Part shown: positions 63,315 through 64,000 of the stretch, one piece after another
Position numbering within the stretch: the stretch's first letter is position 1
How the letters are laid out: each line of letters starts with the position of its first letter
NCBI GenBank assembly: GCA_951406725.2
Contig: OX597822.1
Coordinates: forward strand, 82,274,001 to 82,338,000
Length of the DNA: 64,000 nt
Source: Octopus vulgaris
Taxonomy: Eukaryota
Direction: 5' to 3'
Notes under the pieces: generated by a model
The model's input: the letters and a program-made list of their open reading frames with translations, nothing else
What the model was told of the DNA's origin: nothing
Databases searched by the model: none
Position numbers and translations under genes: made by a program

Positions 63315-64000
63315 TACATCTCCACGCTTCTAAAGCAAACTTTGTTTACTTTCATCGTAAGTTGAATAATAGGATTTTTTAAAACATTAACTGATTATGA
63401 GGGTCTTGTAAAGCAGAAGAGGAACCAAAGGGATCCATAGGTCTAAAATGGTTGGAAAAAATTGTTGTAGAATTTTTTTTGACATTCCTATAGATTAGGA
63501 TCAGAAATTATCTAGTGTCCTAAATGTTGTGATTTCTTCGGATCTGTATGCATAACCAAAGAATACAACACCAGAATAAATATAAGTAAAAATATATGGT
63601 CCTCAGAACTTTGTACAACAAATGAATGATCCTCAATGTGTTTGCAATATTAATAGTCATAGCAACATTTGGGTGTCTCACTTGGACATTACATGAGATT
63701 TGTGTTATTGATCTTAAAATCCTAAAACTACGAACTGATACCTGAAATTTCTACACAAACAGTGAAATTTCTACATAAACAGACTGTCTCTGCTTAAAAT
63801 GAAAACAAGATCGCAGGGGCTTAACATTGAATCAAGCAGCCTTTTAATGTAACTTCATATCCGTCCAACAGCATTTACTAATGATCAGTTATCGAAGTGC
63901 ACCCATTAATCAAGTCTGCCCACATGAGGCAGACAACATCATGAGATTGGAAATGAGCTCCTTGGAAAATATTCAATGATTGATGACCAGTTCTACTGCA

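Overview
Eukaryotic, AT-rich DNA saturated with microsatellites and interspersed repeats. The repeat landscape looks like an octopus/coleoid cephalopod genome; this is my recognition and is not verified. Nearly all ORFs in the track are microsatellite artefacts. The one credible host coding segment is a putative first coding exon (8505-8726, +, GTAAGT donor) in a CpG-retaining region. The rest is probably one very large, CpG-depleted intron. It contains several tRNA-derived SINE families (labelled A-E here), an RTE-tailed non-autonomous family, two RTE LINE remnants, two R4/Dong-like REL-endonuclease remnants in (TAA)n, a truncated Gypsy element with one LTR, and hAT, Tc1/mariner and piggyBac MITEs. 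The most interesting signal is a set of minimal Penelope-type hammerhead ribozyme motifs. One is carried by a tRNA-headed SINE-like unit that has a 14-bp TSD, and two form an inverted twin. Several (TA)n-associated fold-back elements and an inverted-repeat element enclosing a tRNA-like sequence are also present. Repeat boundaries were read by eye and are approximate unless a TIR or TSD is quoted.
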